Source: the human T2T-CHM13v2.0 reference genome, Homo sapiens
Length of the DNA stretch: 64,000 bases
Reading direction: 5' to 3' (one strand)
Assembly (NCBI RefSeq): GCF_009914755.1
Contig: NC_060935.1
In this document: piece after piece, positions 14,841-32,760 of the stretch
Layout: each line of letters opens with the position of its first letter
Numbering within the stretch: the first letter of the stretch is position 1
The notes under the pieces: generated by a model
The model's database searches: none
The model's input: the letters and a program-made list of their open reading frames with translations, nothing else
Told to the model about the DNA's origin: nothing
Position numbers and translations under genes: made by a program

Positions 14841-14882
14841 AGTTTTGCAGAAAGAAAGGGTCCTAATAGCAAAGGAAGTTCA

Positions 14883-15257
<375 letters not shown>

Positions 15258-15462
15258 CTATATTTCCAATTACATAGTTAATTGAAATGGGTTTCAATGC
15301 AATAGTGCAATTACTTCAAGAAGAGTGTAGTGATTTACATTTGTAACAGAAGAGTTGAAACTTAACAGATTTGTATCCAAACTTTAATAAATTAGTGAAG
15401 ACATATGAAATGCAGAGACTTTAATGAATTTTATTAATAAAGTTTATTTTAAAAATATTTCT

Positions 15463-15759
15463 GGCCGGGTGTGGTGGCTCATGCCTGTAATCCCAGCACT
15501 TTGGGAGGCCAGGCGCGCAGATCACGAGGTCAAGAGATCGAGATCATCTTGGCTAATATGGTGAAACCCCTTCTCTACTAAAAATACAAACAATTAGCTG
15601 GGCATGGTGGCACACGCCTGTAGTCCCAGCTAGCCAGGAGGCTGAGGCAGGAGAATCACTTCAACCTGGGAGGCGGAGGTTACAGTGATCCGAGATCACG
15701 CCACTGCACTCCAGCCTGGACAACAGACTGAGACTCCATCTTAAAAAAAAAAAAAAAAA
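15463..15759 (+). mobile_element. AluSc-like
   Basis: agatcacgaggtcaagagatcgagatcatc; A-tail; short TSD aaaaat(a/c)tttc. Confidence 0.92.
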
Positions 15760-16319
15760 TCTTTCCTATATATTGTTAAATGATTATAGCACATTAATAC
15801 GTTTATGTATAAAAGTTATATGTTGAAATTGTCTTTTCAAGGGGTTATCACACAACTTCTCTATAGTCTGTTATAATAGTTTCCTTTTCTAACCTTCTTG
15901 TAGGCTTTATGACTTAGTCAAAATGAAAGCCAAACTCACCTGTGAAAAATATATACATTTTATATATTAGTAATCTATTATTTATTTTGTCATGCTAGCC
16001 CTAATACAATTAAGGTTATCACCTTCTTTCTCTAATCAATACCAAGAAACTCTGGTCTGTTATTATTTATCCTGAAACTAATTTTTATTCTAGATTCTAC
16101 CTGTACCATATGTCTGATTTTTCATGATCTTGTGGGTTGGTTTTTTTTTTTTTTTTTTGGTATGGAATAGCTTCTCATCTTGATTATCTTAAGTACAAAC
16201 ATATTCACTATAATTAGATGCAAGCATCTGACTATTTTATTAAAACTTCAGATTAAACATGGATAAAGGAGGGAAGCCCTCTGAGAGAGGCAGATCATGA
16301 TGTGATTTCCAGCTCACAA

Positions 16320-17510
<1,191 letters not shown>

Positions 17511-18990
17511 TAGAGGTGGGTGCAGAATAGATAATTTTTCAATTATTTTGCTTTTTCCACTTGTACCTTGATTAAAATGTTGCTTTTGATTGCATTTTCA
17601 TGAGTTAATATTAAACTTTGTATTTTTCTATAATTAATCATTCTATAATACTTTAGTTAATGGCATAAGTTTAAAAGAATCAGGGTTACCCCCAAACCAA
17701 ATTAAGTATAAATACTAAATTGTGTGATTTCCATGAATGCACAGGATTAAAAAATATTTATGACAGAAATATGTAAAATCACGATTGAATAAAAGGAAGA
17801 CGTTGACAGCGTGTTGGATAAATGTGAGATATCTTAACAAATGATTTTTAAATGAGGCCATCTGTTAAAGCTTCCTGATGCTCTGAGTCTGGAGCAAGAG
17901 GTTATTTATGTTTTCACGCAAATCAGGCTTTAACCAAAATACTTTGGAAAAAACAGATGCCTTATAGAAATTCATTATTCCTAAAATAATTACAACCTTC
18001 TAAATGTTAACATCCCTTTCTACAAAGAATGGTGTTATGCTAATGCTGTTTATATATATGAATGTGAAATTATTGTATCATTTACTGTAATGCAAGGGAA
18101 TGGTTTCTCCTTATCCCCACCTCCATCCTCACCCCTGGGAGATACATGCCTGCTTACCAGGACCAATTTTCTACTTATTTAGCTAAAAATAATTGACCTT
18201 TGAAAGTCATAACCCAAGTAATTGAATTTGAACTAAAATCTAAAGATAAACCTAATCTTTCAGGCATTCTTTCCTCCCACTCTTTTGATCTTTTTGACCC
18301 CCACTAAGTCTTACCAGGTATATTGGAGTAGAGGAAATTTCATACTAGAATACAGTACTGTGTCATGTTTCATTAATGTCAAAGATTTCATGTAGTAAAT
18401 AGAACAAGAAGGTACCACTTTGTATAATATTCAAAATCTATACAGCACATTGCTAAGCAGAGTATACACTCAAGAAATGTAGAATTGGTAATATTATACT
18501 AGAAAATGAACTTCCAGTATTGCTATTATTTTACTAATATGCATAGTCACTGACCTGTGAAGAGTGAACAGTATGTAGAAGTGCCTTTGAGATAGGAAAT
18601 TGTGAGAGTCCCTAACTTTTACATACATATTAGATTAATTTGAGCCTACATAAAAAGAAAACAAATTTGTGAGGATTTGAGGGGGGAAAATCAGGGGACT
18701 TCCTGTTTGCAGCTCTTATCATTGGGAGAACAGTAAATTAGATCTAGACTAATATATTTGGTTTCTCTAATTTATGGCAATTTGTTAACTTTGTCATTGA
18801 GTGGAATGCTGAACAAAATTTCTATGGCACATAAGCACCTTGCACAGGGTTCGCTTTAATTCTTTGAGAAGCTTTCAGGCATAGACTATTTAGTATACTG
18901 ATTAAAGTATGATTAATTATTAATTAGTATCTTGTCCTGTGAGAATGCCTTTAGCTTCAATAGGTTCATCTTTACTTGAAAATAATGGAA

Positions 18991-19300
18991 AGCTGGGTGC
19001 AGTGGCTCTCGCCTACTGAGTGGTGAGAGGATCACTTGAGGCCAGGAGTGGAAGACCAACCTAGGCAACATAGCAAGACCTCGACTCTACAAAAATTTTT
19101 TTTAATTAGCCAGGTATGGTGGTGCACGCCTGTAGTCCCATCTACTCAGAAGGCTGCGGTGGAAGGATCACTTGAGCGCAGGAGTTCAGGGGTCAGCAGT
19201 GAGGTTCAGTTGTGTCACTGCACTTCATCCTGGGCCACAAAATGAGAACCTGTCTTTAAAAAAAAAAAAAAAAGAAAGAAAGAAAGAAGAATGAAAAAAA
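18991..19300 (+). mobile_element. AluJ with small left-arm deletion and (GAAA)n tail
   Basis: gctgggtgcagtggctctcgcc...gaggatcacttgaggccagg; short TSD aaaa(t/a)aatgg. Confidence 0.88.
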
Positions 19301-19491
19301 TGGCTTACACACTGGGCAGATGTAGTGCATTTCTCCTTCCCAATTGCTGTCTGGGTTGATGCATTTGTCTGAATGGAGGGTGGAAGAAAGACTGAGAATT
19401 ACATTATGTGAAAGCCCCTGCCCAACTCCTTGCTTATGATAGGAAGTCTGTGGCCACTGACTTCCCATCTTATGTTCTATGTACTGTATGA

Positions 19492-19660
19492 AGTAGTATG
19501 GTATAGTGATTTAGAATGAGGCTCTGTAGTTCAACAGCCTGAATTTGAAACTTGACTCTACCACTTATTGGATGTGTGAGCTCAGCAAATAATGTCTTTC
19601 TGCTTCAGTTTTCTCACCTATTAAATAGAGATAATTAGCATCTTTCTCATAGGGTTGTGG
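19492..19660 (+). mobile_element. MIR
   Basis: ggctctgtagttcaacagcctgaatttgaa...ctctaccacttatt...cttcagttttctcacctat...ctcatagggttgt. Confidence 0.7.
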
Positions 19661-19859
19661 TTGTAGTGGTGGTGGTGGTGGTTTTTCACTCAGGCAAAGA
19701 AGCATTGCTCTGCTAATGGAAACCTGGAGAAGTGCTTGTTAGCAAACAATACTCTGTTCTCCACCTCCTCCATATACCAGGGAAATGTTGGTGGTCTGTG
19801 AAATGGAACCAAAATTAATGTTCCTCTCATGAAGGAAGGAAAAGGAAATAACATGTGTT

Positions 19860-20045
19860 TCGTATGCATTATCTCACTTAATCCTTAGATTAATTCCTTC
19901 AGAATAAATATTATTAGTTGATTTTTTCATGTGAAAGACCTGAGGCTCAAGAGAGTGCTTATGCAAGATCAAATGTCTGCTGAATAGCAAAGCCAAGATT
20001 CAGTCAGAGGAATAGCTGACTCAAAAGCCCATCTGTTTCCACCTC
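19860..20045 (-). mobile_element. MIR
   Basis: gcattatctcacttaatcct...ctgaggctcaagagag...gccaagattc...tgactcaaaagccc. Confidence 0.6.
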
Positions 20046-22569
20046 ATTCTACTAGCTAAATTGCCAACATTTGGGGCATAGCTGCTTTCCTCCTTTTCTA
20101 GATGTGGCAAATTAAAAGAAACCTGTGCCACAATCCAGTCCATCTGCCCTCACTTTCCTTCAAGTGAGAGGGAGCACGCACAGTGCAATCTCAAATAAGG
20201 TTTGGTCACTGACCAAATACCCCTTCTTTTTCCGAAAAAAAAAAATATATATTTTATATCTGCAATATTGTGATGGATTATTTCTACTAAAATGTGAGTT
20301 TCTTCTATAGCTTTGTGGAAAAGTAAAATTAGAACTTCATACACAAGACACAGTTATCCCAATTTAACCTTTATCCTCTTACACTGAATTAGTTTACAAA
20401 GTCTGAGTTGATAAAAAAGCATAATTCCGTTAGCTTCCTACCTTCATTTTATTTTGATCTTTCTTATTTATTTAAAGAAAATGTTGGCCCTGAAAATCTT
20501 GCCTCTGGCCAAAAACAATAAAATTCTTATCTGGTAGTAACTAGTCATTACTAGTAATAGTTAAGGTTTCCTGTACTGAGTACTTAGTTTCATGTGGGTT
20601 TTTTTTCCTTTTTTTTTTTTTTTTTTTTTGCCGCAGAAAGCAAAGGCAAATCATGTCTTTTCTTATTCAAGGCCTTTTAAAGGTACTTTTTTTGCTCTTT
20701 GCACTACTTCTTAATTTTCAGTCAGTTTAGAAACAATTTTATACTTCCCCAAATTTCCTACATTAAGACTTCAAAAGCCTTAACATTAAAGAATAGCTGC
20801 TTTTGGCATTTAATATAGCTCAGAGCAAGGCAAGTTAGTACAGATAATTTAAATGATACCCAGTCACAGGTACCTTCACTTTCATTGGTTGCTTTTTCAG
20901 AATACCTATTTTGTTATGTACCTTATGAATTTAAACATGACTAAAGATGAATTTCTTAATGTGTACATTATGTTTTCTGAGCCTGGAAATTAAGGGGAAA
21001 AATGATGAAGGCATGTTACACAAGTACTTAATTTTTTTTTAAATCTCGGATAGTACTATGGTAATTAATGCTTATTTTATGCAAACTAGACTATATCTGT
21101 TAACGGACACATTACTGTCAAGAAAATATTACTTGTCTTAATTATCAGTAATGAAGCAGGGATAAGCTGTTCACTTAGATATAATATATCTAATGACCTT
21201 TTCAGTTAGAGGTTGTGATGAAAGGTATCAGTTTCACAAATTATGCTTCATTCAGCTTCTGGCCTTTGTGTAGATTAATGTTTTGTGGATGAGTTTTAAA
21301 GTCAGGCATAAATTGTGTTTGGTGTTTAAAATTGATTTAGTGTCTTGCTTTTAGTACATCATTTTCTCATTTATAAAGCCTCAGTTTTATCTTCAAGCTT
21401 AAAAAAATAATCCATGGTAAATTTAGAATTGCCTTACTGGCAGTGGTTTTTTTAACCTTACCAAATAGAATGGTACATATGTTTACACTTGTTTAACTAA
21501 AGGACATAGTTTATGACTGAAGTTTCTTTCTGATTTCTGAATTTAAAACAATAAGCACAATGTTTACAATAACAATTTTTGAACTAGGAATGTAAATATT
21601 TATCATACCACTTTTCCTAATTAGATATCCCCAGATGACACAAAGCTGGTTATTCATCCTGAGATGACACATAGCTGGTTATTGTGATAGAAGTTATGAT
21701 ATCTCTTAACATTAACTTCTTAGTGAGTAATAAACATGATATTGAAACATCATTAAAGAACTCATAGATTTGGCCTCATTCAAACCAATAGGAGAATTGC
21801 CCCCATGTTTTAAGCAACTAAGGATTTAAGCATTTTGTCTATGCAACATAACAGTGAGATGAAAAGTGGTTTTCAAATTTTTAAGCTGTGAAACTCTGAG
21901 AAACTTCTTACTCGGAAGTCCAATAAAGAAATCTAACAATACTGGAGCTGCTCTGGTTGAATTGGAAAATTTCTAAACTAACTTGAAGGAATCCAGGGCT
22001 GTCAAGTAGCAGTGTTTTGATACTATGATCCTGATAGTTATATTATTAATGTAGCCCAAATATTAGAGTTGGGGAGGAAAGTACAGACCATGGTTTTCAG
22101 ACCTTCGTCTTAATGGGTAGGAAATTGAAAGATACAATATAACTAGCCTAAGTTAATATGGTCAGTAAGTGCTATGATCTAGAATCTAAAAAACATTAAG
22201 TACTTCTAGTGATAGAATGTTTTCCCTACTCACTGTTGCCCTACTACTATAAATAATGAATTTTGAAAACTATTTAAAGAACAGTTTCTGAATTGACCTA
22301 ATCTTTGTGTAGAAAAGTACGCCATCAATTTTTCATTTGCAAGGGCACAGTAAAGTCCTAGCTACCCCAGCACATTGACTCTACTTCTTGCTCCATTGCT
22401 CATTTTGGAAGAGTACACAGTGACAGCTCCCAGTTCTGTACCTTGGCTTTGCAGAAAAGCAGGAGATCAGCAAAACAGGAGTTTTCCTGTGCTCTACTTA
22501 ATTCCAATTCCTCGAAGGCTCATTCACACATGATGTTGCCTCTGATTGGAGCAACAGCCCCAATGTAAC

Positions 22570-22890
22570 ACCCTCTCCACCTCCTACCACTGTGGTCTCA
22601 GCCAGGCTAACTTCTGCATATCCTTCAGGCTGCAGTTTAAATATCACTGTCTCCCTCAGGGCTTCTATGATCCACACCAAGTCTAGATTGAATACCTCCG
22701 TTTATGCTCTGGTAGCATCCTGTATTTTCTCTATCATAGCAGTAACCACACTAGATTGCAATTACTTTTATCATCCCCTACTTAAATACTCAATTCCGTA
22801 AATAGAGACCACAAGTGTCTTGTTTATCGCTGATTCTTCCAAGCCTAGCAGAGTTTCTGACACATGGCTCGTGCCCCATGTTTATTAGGG
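22570..22890 (+). mobile_element. L2 3' fragment
   Basis: atccttcaggctgcagtttaaatatcact...tcttgtttatcgctg...gcctagcagagtttctgacacat. Confidence 0.55.
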
Positions 22891-22972
22891 AAGGAAGCAA
22901 GGGACGTAGACTCTCCACTGCCCACCCAAAGGAGTAACGTGCTGAATGGAAATAATCTTAAACTGGTTTTTT

Positions 22973-26448
<3,476 letters not shown>

Positions 26449-27020
26449 CTGCCCTACAAGAGCTTCTGAAGGAAGCACTAAACATGAAAGGAACAACCGG
26501 TACCAGCCACTGCAAAAACATGCCAAATTGTAAAGACCATCCATGCTAGGAGGAAACTGCATCAACTAATGAGCAAAATAGTCAGCTAACATCATAATGA
26601 CAGGATCAAATTCACACCTAACAATCTTAACCTTAAATGTAAATAGGCTAAATACTCCAATTAAAAGACTCAGACTGGCAAATTGGATAAAGAGTCAAGA
26701 CCCATCAGTGTGCCATATTCAGGAGACTCATCTCACGTGCAGAGACACACATAGGCTCAAAATAAAGGGATGGAGGAAGATCTACCAAGCAAATGGAAAA
26801 CAAAAAAAGGCAGGGGTTGCAATCCTAGTCTCTGATAAAACAGACTTTAAACCAACAAAAATCAAAAGAGACAAAGAAGGCCATTACATAATGGTAAAGG
26901 GATCAATTCAACAAGAAGAGCTAACTATCCTAAATATATATGCACCCAATACAGGAGCACCCAGATTCATAAAGCAAGTCCTTAGAGACCTACAAAGAGA
27001 CTTAGACTCCCACACAATAA
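26449..27020 (+). mobile_element. Inverted 5' segment of the same L1PA (end of ORF1, spacer, ORF2 codons 1 to ~141)
   Basis: ORF 26597+ MTGSNSHLTILTLNVN...IQETHL...LNIYAPN...DLDSHTI is the L1 endonuclease N-terminus; TSD taaactggttt(t/c)tt at 22959-22972 and 27018-27031. Confidence 0.96.
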
Positions 27021-28229
27021 ACTGGTTTCTTATTGAGCAGCTGCTGACTTCCTGTGTGACTTTAGAAGAGTTATCTCTAAGTCTTCGTTTCCATTTCCAG
27101 TAGGATAATAATAGCTCTAGTACCTAGCTTTTACATTTCTTGTATTATAATTGGGTTTTCTCTACATCAGGGCCTTCATTTCAGTTTCTGTATTATAATG
27201 GAAGAGGAAAGCCTCTTTTTTGTTTCTTGGGTTTTTTTTGATACCAGATTAAGCAGGCTTCTCTCAAAAGCAATTTGTTTAAAATCATCTTACTAAAATT
27301 CTAGGTCCCAAGAAATTGAAAAACGGGCCACCTCCTTCATTTACAAATAATCTTACAGACTTTTAATGATGATGACATTCTGTAAATAAAGTATTTGTAG
27401 TCATTCTTGGAAACTTCAGGACTTTATTTCTTGATTTTATCCTTGAGAGTGGTACTTACACAACTCATAATTTAACATGTATACCACGTAGTCAGGGTGG
27501 AATTATTGTCCACTATTAAAAATGTCTAAACTTGTTTCTGTCTAAAATGAGGACTTGAAATGCAATCAGGGTCTCATCAAAAGAAATACCACTCTTCCAA
27601 TGATTATTTATAATATTTTTATATTAACAAAAGCAGCTGATGAGATGAATAGGATGTAAGAGATGAAGAAGAGAATTGTCTCATTCATTTTTTCAGAAAG
27701 TTGAGAAAGAAAAAGTTAAAAAAAAACCCATTGAACTTTAGTAGTGCTTCTACTACATATCAGAAAATGCTTTTTTTTAAAAGGATTTTTTAAGGAAAAT
27801 AATACACATAGCTAGAACAGCAGTTTATATTTAACAGAACTAAATGGTCACATTTTTAAGTAAAGTACGCCCTGGCATTTGAACAGCTGTTATATCCAAT
27901 TCAGATTTGCATACTGTTGTTTAACCTTCCCAGCTGTAGCGGGGGTGGCGTGTTAGTCTAATCTGGTATAAAATATGCATAGTATACTCAAAGTTGAAAC
28001 TTTAAACACATATTTGTATTAAACTGATAAATTTTAGTCATATAAGCCTGTTTTAAATAAACACCTTATCTTTCTGTAAGTTATTTATTGAGCAGATTTT
28101 AATTAATTAAAACCTCTTTCAAACCTTTTATGTTTTATTTATATCTTTTTGTACTTTAATATTACTAATGAACACAAAGTATATACATTTCCTATGTATA
28201 TGCTTACAATTACATTGCGACAGCCATAG

Positions 28230-28637
<408 letters not shown>

Positions 28638-28799
28638 TGAAGATCTTACAAGACTAAGGCTAAAAGAGATTAACATCAAAATACATATTACCATGGAGCA
28701 CATGAATATAGTGAATAAAAATTTGTTCATCAAAGCCTGCTACAGTATAAAACATTGCTTGAAATTTGAAAGAAATGATTTTAGAACAAATAAATGGTC

Positions 28800-30163
28800 A
28801 TGATTATACACCATGCACACTCAAGCACACACAACAATATACATGTAGAAATAGATGTATCTGTATGTGAGTTTATGTACTATATGTGTGTGTATTTCTT
28901 AACCTTCTCTTCTGAAGAGCCTAGAAGCAATGACAACCCTAGGGAATACTCCAAGTACCCAAATATTGGTTTCTGAGTCTCTTCCTCCACAAAAAATAAA
29001 AAAGAAGTGAAGAGGAGGGAAGCCTCTTGGCAAGATAGCTAATTCTAGGATTGAGGCACAGAAGGTATAAAATGAGACTAAAATTTGTGCCAGAAAGTAA
29101 GGAGATACTCAAAGAACAGTAGGAGCATGAAAAAACATGGCCCAGGATTTAATTCAAAGAGGTTCCTACTAGCCAGTCTGGGAAATTTGAGCATCGAAAT
29201 TAATAATGGAAAACATTAAATAAAATGGAAATTCATGAGCCCATACTGAGATAGATGGATGCATAGTTAGGTAGGAAAAGAAATCTCTTCCCTGCCATAG
29301 AATACCAACTATTAAACCTCGAAGGAATGATAAAAATAGAAAATCACCATTTGACAGTCATAGTTCATCACCCATAGTTCAATTCAGATGGAAGTTTTCA
29401 ATGGAGACTGAGGCCTGGCTTGTGGGTTTGATGAGGTTTAATGAGGAAAACGATATTGACATAATCTCAGAATATCTCCCTTATGCACTACTAGTTAGTT
29501 ACTAAGGGATGACATGACAGTGGAGAAATTTTCTGAACAATATGACCAGATGATCAAGGTTGACATCACAAGTGGGTCAACTTCATGTATGGCACATCAC
29601 CTTGATGTGTAGCCTTGAAAAGAGCAGAGTATCATGTTAGTGGTTTCCCTGCCCAAAAAGCATGATCATGAGGAAATAGTAGATAGATCTAAGTTTATGA
29701 TTAGCCTACAGAATGAAGGTTCTGTATCTTTGGAAAAATGTCAAGAACATGAAAGACCTGGAGAGACTGAGAATATGGGAGGAGAATGAATGTCCTGACG
29801 ATACTGGGGCAGTTGACAAAGTTTGAATGATGTCTGTAGATTGATAGTAGTGTTGTATAAATGTTGATTTTCTGACTCAAAGGCTTATATGGTGATTCTG
29901 TAGAAGAATGTCCTTGTCTTAAGAAGTACTGGAGTATTTAGGGTTGATAGGAATCATGTCTGCTGCTTGTTCTTGGATACTTCAGAAAAGACTAATTATG
30001 GGTATACGTATATGCTTAGGGGAGTGTATCTATTTTTTTAAAAAAAAAAGAAAAATGGAGCAAATGAAAAATTAAAAATTGGGGAATCTGGGTGATAGGG
30101 ATATGGGAATTCTTTGTTTTGTTCTGGCATACTTTTCTGTGTTTGAAAATACTTCAAAATGAG
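28800..30163 (+). mobile_element. L1MC4-like 3' UTR
   Basis: cctagaagcaatgaca...gtgccagaaagtaagga...gaaaatcaccatttg...ggggaatctgggtga...gggaattctttgt...cttttctgt. Confidence 0.72.
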
Positions 30164-30164
30164 T

Positions 30165-30359
30165 TATTCTAAAATGATCACTGAAAAGGTAATAAATACA
30201 TCATAAACATTAATATTTATGTAATAATAATATGAGTAGTCACAGTAAGTCAGGTTAATAAAAACTATAAATAGCTTTATGTCCATGTAGACAAACGAGT
30301 TAAGATTTTCAGAGATTTTTGGATTTTTGGAATTGAGAATAAAGGCTGTGGGTCTGTAT
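30165..30359. mobile_element. TcMar-Tigger-type relic (MamRep434-like end)
   Basis: Ends ggaattgagaataaaggctgtgggtctg-TA, resembling the remembered terminal inverted repeat plus TA target. Confidence 0.4.
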
Positions 30360-31972
30360 AAGGTATCCTGGCCCAAATAAGTACGTTTTCCCAGTCTCAC
30401 ACAGGAAGTAACAGAACCAAGATCTCTTGATTCCCTCCCCAGTAGTCCTTGGAAGACAGCTGGAAAAGATTACTTACTCAAGATAGGGACATGTGTATTC
30501 AAATTCTGACTTTTGGGAGTTGATTCAGGAAAGTGTCAGATTTACAAAAATTTCCCTTAGAGCTGCATCATTAGATTCACCAAGAGGGCATGTTCTGTGT
30601 TGCAGTTTTCAAATGCAACCCAATGAGAATATAAGAATGTTCTCATTGGTATGCAATGAGAATGTAGAAAGAAATACTAGAAAACCTTTTTCTTTCTCCT
30701 TGCCTATGTCATATATAGTATAAATGTGAGAGTGAGTAGATTTCTTCCTCTCCTCCGTGGTTTTCATCCCATGCTAATTCTCTTATCCTGTAAGATTTCC
30801 TTCCTCTTTACAAGGTTAAAATACCCTTGGATTTCAAGCAGTACCTTTTTAAAATCTGATTTACCAATCACTTGATTAGCCATAGTGGCTAATGTGTTTT
30901 TAATGTTTCAAATAGCCAATGACTTGAACCTCTGTGTAGGAAAATAGCCTTCTCTGCATTCTGTATTTGCTCATACCATTTTGCATATATTTAAGGACTT
31001 CATGCTCAAGCAGTTTCTTTTCCTTTTTAAAATTTCCTTGTCTTACCAGGAAAATAAAACTTTTTGGATATTTTCTGTTATATAGCCAATATAAAGTCCA
31101 TTTTGAGGACTTAATATTATAAAAACTAAGCTGTCACATTGCTTAAATGGGATTTTGATAAGCTCCTTGTATCTTGCTCTTATTCTTTAATTCCTTTTAA
31201 AAGATTTTCTGGAAGTACCCATGAAGTATTCTAATTTTACACCTACATATTTAAAATAAGATTTTTTATTAGTAGAATCATGCTATTGCCTTAATTAGCT
31301 TCTAATCTCACTCAATTTATCTTGGGGCACAGATATTGTATCCTATTTAAATTTATGTCAAAAGCTATTGCCTAAACATAATTTTATAATAGCTCTGTCT
31401 CCTGGGTTCTAAAACTGCTTTTTTCTGCTCCTATTGCCAAGCCAGTTATGTTTTTTCCTGTATTTTCAGTTAATTAACTTAAGCCCTATATATATTTCAT
31501 GGTTTTATAGACTAATATATATATAATAAATATATATACACACATTATATATATTTTAATCTATTTTTCCAACTTGAGCCTTGGTAAATTTTATTTTACC
31601 TAATATAATAAGAGGTAGATTTTCAATACTGATCAGTAAAGACAACATTTTTTAAAATGGGTAAACAAAAACATTTTATATTATAAACACCTGATAGTAT
31701 ACCTTTATTTCTCAGCATACATAACTTTAGTGTTTATATATTATTCCCAAAAATTGAATATCAACTGTTAGCCACAGTACGAAGCGAATAATATATTGAT
31801 GAATTATGTTTCTGACTGTCCTTTTAAATCTACTTAGTAAATAAAGTTATAGTTGCATTTCCAAATGTGAACTTTTTAGTCTCCTATAATTGTATATGTT
31901 TACACATGTTGAGATGGAAAGACTTTAAGCACTGAGATTTTGAGATGTTGATTAAACAAGTAATTAGACTTG

Positions 31973-32161
31973 AGCCAGGCATGGTGCCACACACCTGTCC
32001 CAGCTACTCAGGAGACTGAGGCAGGAGGATCACTTGAACCCAGGAGTTCAAAGCTGCAGTAAACTGTAATTGGGCCACTGCACTCCAGTCTGGGCAACAG
32101 AGCGAGATCTTATCTCTAAAAATAATAATAATAACAATAACAATAATAATAATAACAATAA
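31973..32161 (+). mobile_element. Alu right monomer (FRAM or truncated AluJ) with (AAT)n tail
   Basis: gccaggcatggtgccacacacctgtcccagctactc; TSD taattag(a/g)cttga at 31961 and 32162. Confidence 0.88.
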
Positions 32162-32184
32162 TAATTAGGCTTGAATTAAAACAT

Positions 32185-32385
32185 GTCAGGGAGAGGAGAA
32201 TGGAATTTATTGTTTAATGGATACAGAGTTTCAATTTGGGATGAAAAAGTTCTGGAAATGGATAATGGTAAAAGTTGCATAACAACATACAACTTTTAAA
32301 TGTACAGTTCAGTACTTAATGCCACTGAACTGTACATTTAAGAATGGTTAAGAGATAAATTTTATGCTATGTATATTTTACCACT
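32185..32385 (+). mobile_element. L1MB 3' terminal fragment
   Basis: ttattgtttaatggatacagagtttcaatttggg...gtacttaatgccactgaactgtac...aattttatgctatgtatattttaccac. Confidence 0.8.
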
Positions 32386-32582
32386 GTGTATATATTTAAA
32401 ATCTGATTCGTAGTTTTTCATCTGTAGGTGTTTCTCCCTTATCATAGACATTAGCTAGCATTTAGTCTTTAACCTTAACATATACTATTATTCATTTAAT
32501 ATATGTTAGTTTTACTGTGTTAGGTGTACATTCTGGCTATAAAAAATCTCTGAAAGTTTTTTAATTGCCTTCAGGTATTTTT

Positions 32583-32760
32583 TAGCTATGTGACCTTGTA
32601 TAAGATACTTAACTCCTCTAAACTTTCATTTTCTTATGTATAAAATGAGGATATCAATGCCTATATCAAAAGGTTGTTAGATGGACCAGTTAATGTAATA
32701 ATATTTACTTCAAATTTTATTGGGAAAATGAATATTATGTAAAGCACTTAGAACAGTTAA
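32583..32760 (+). mobile_element. MIR
   Basis: tagctatgtgaccttg...acttaactcctct...tataaaatgaggata...atgtaaagcacttagaacag. Confidence 0.7.

Noticed and set aside
18351-18362. TACAGTACTGTG matches the first 12 nt of miR-101-3p
   Set aside because: The match stops after 12 nt and no pre-miRNA hairpin partner is visible.
20607-20688. Poly(T)-ccgcAG acceptor with AAG|gtactt donor (46 nt)
   Set aside because: The acceptor strength comes from a simple T-run and the donor is weak.
27930-27955. CpG-containing G-rich motif (gcgggggtggcg) as a possible CTCF site
   Set aside because: The 5' half of the CTCF core does not match.
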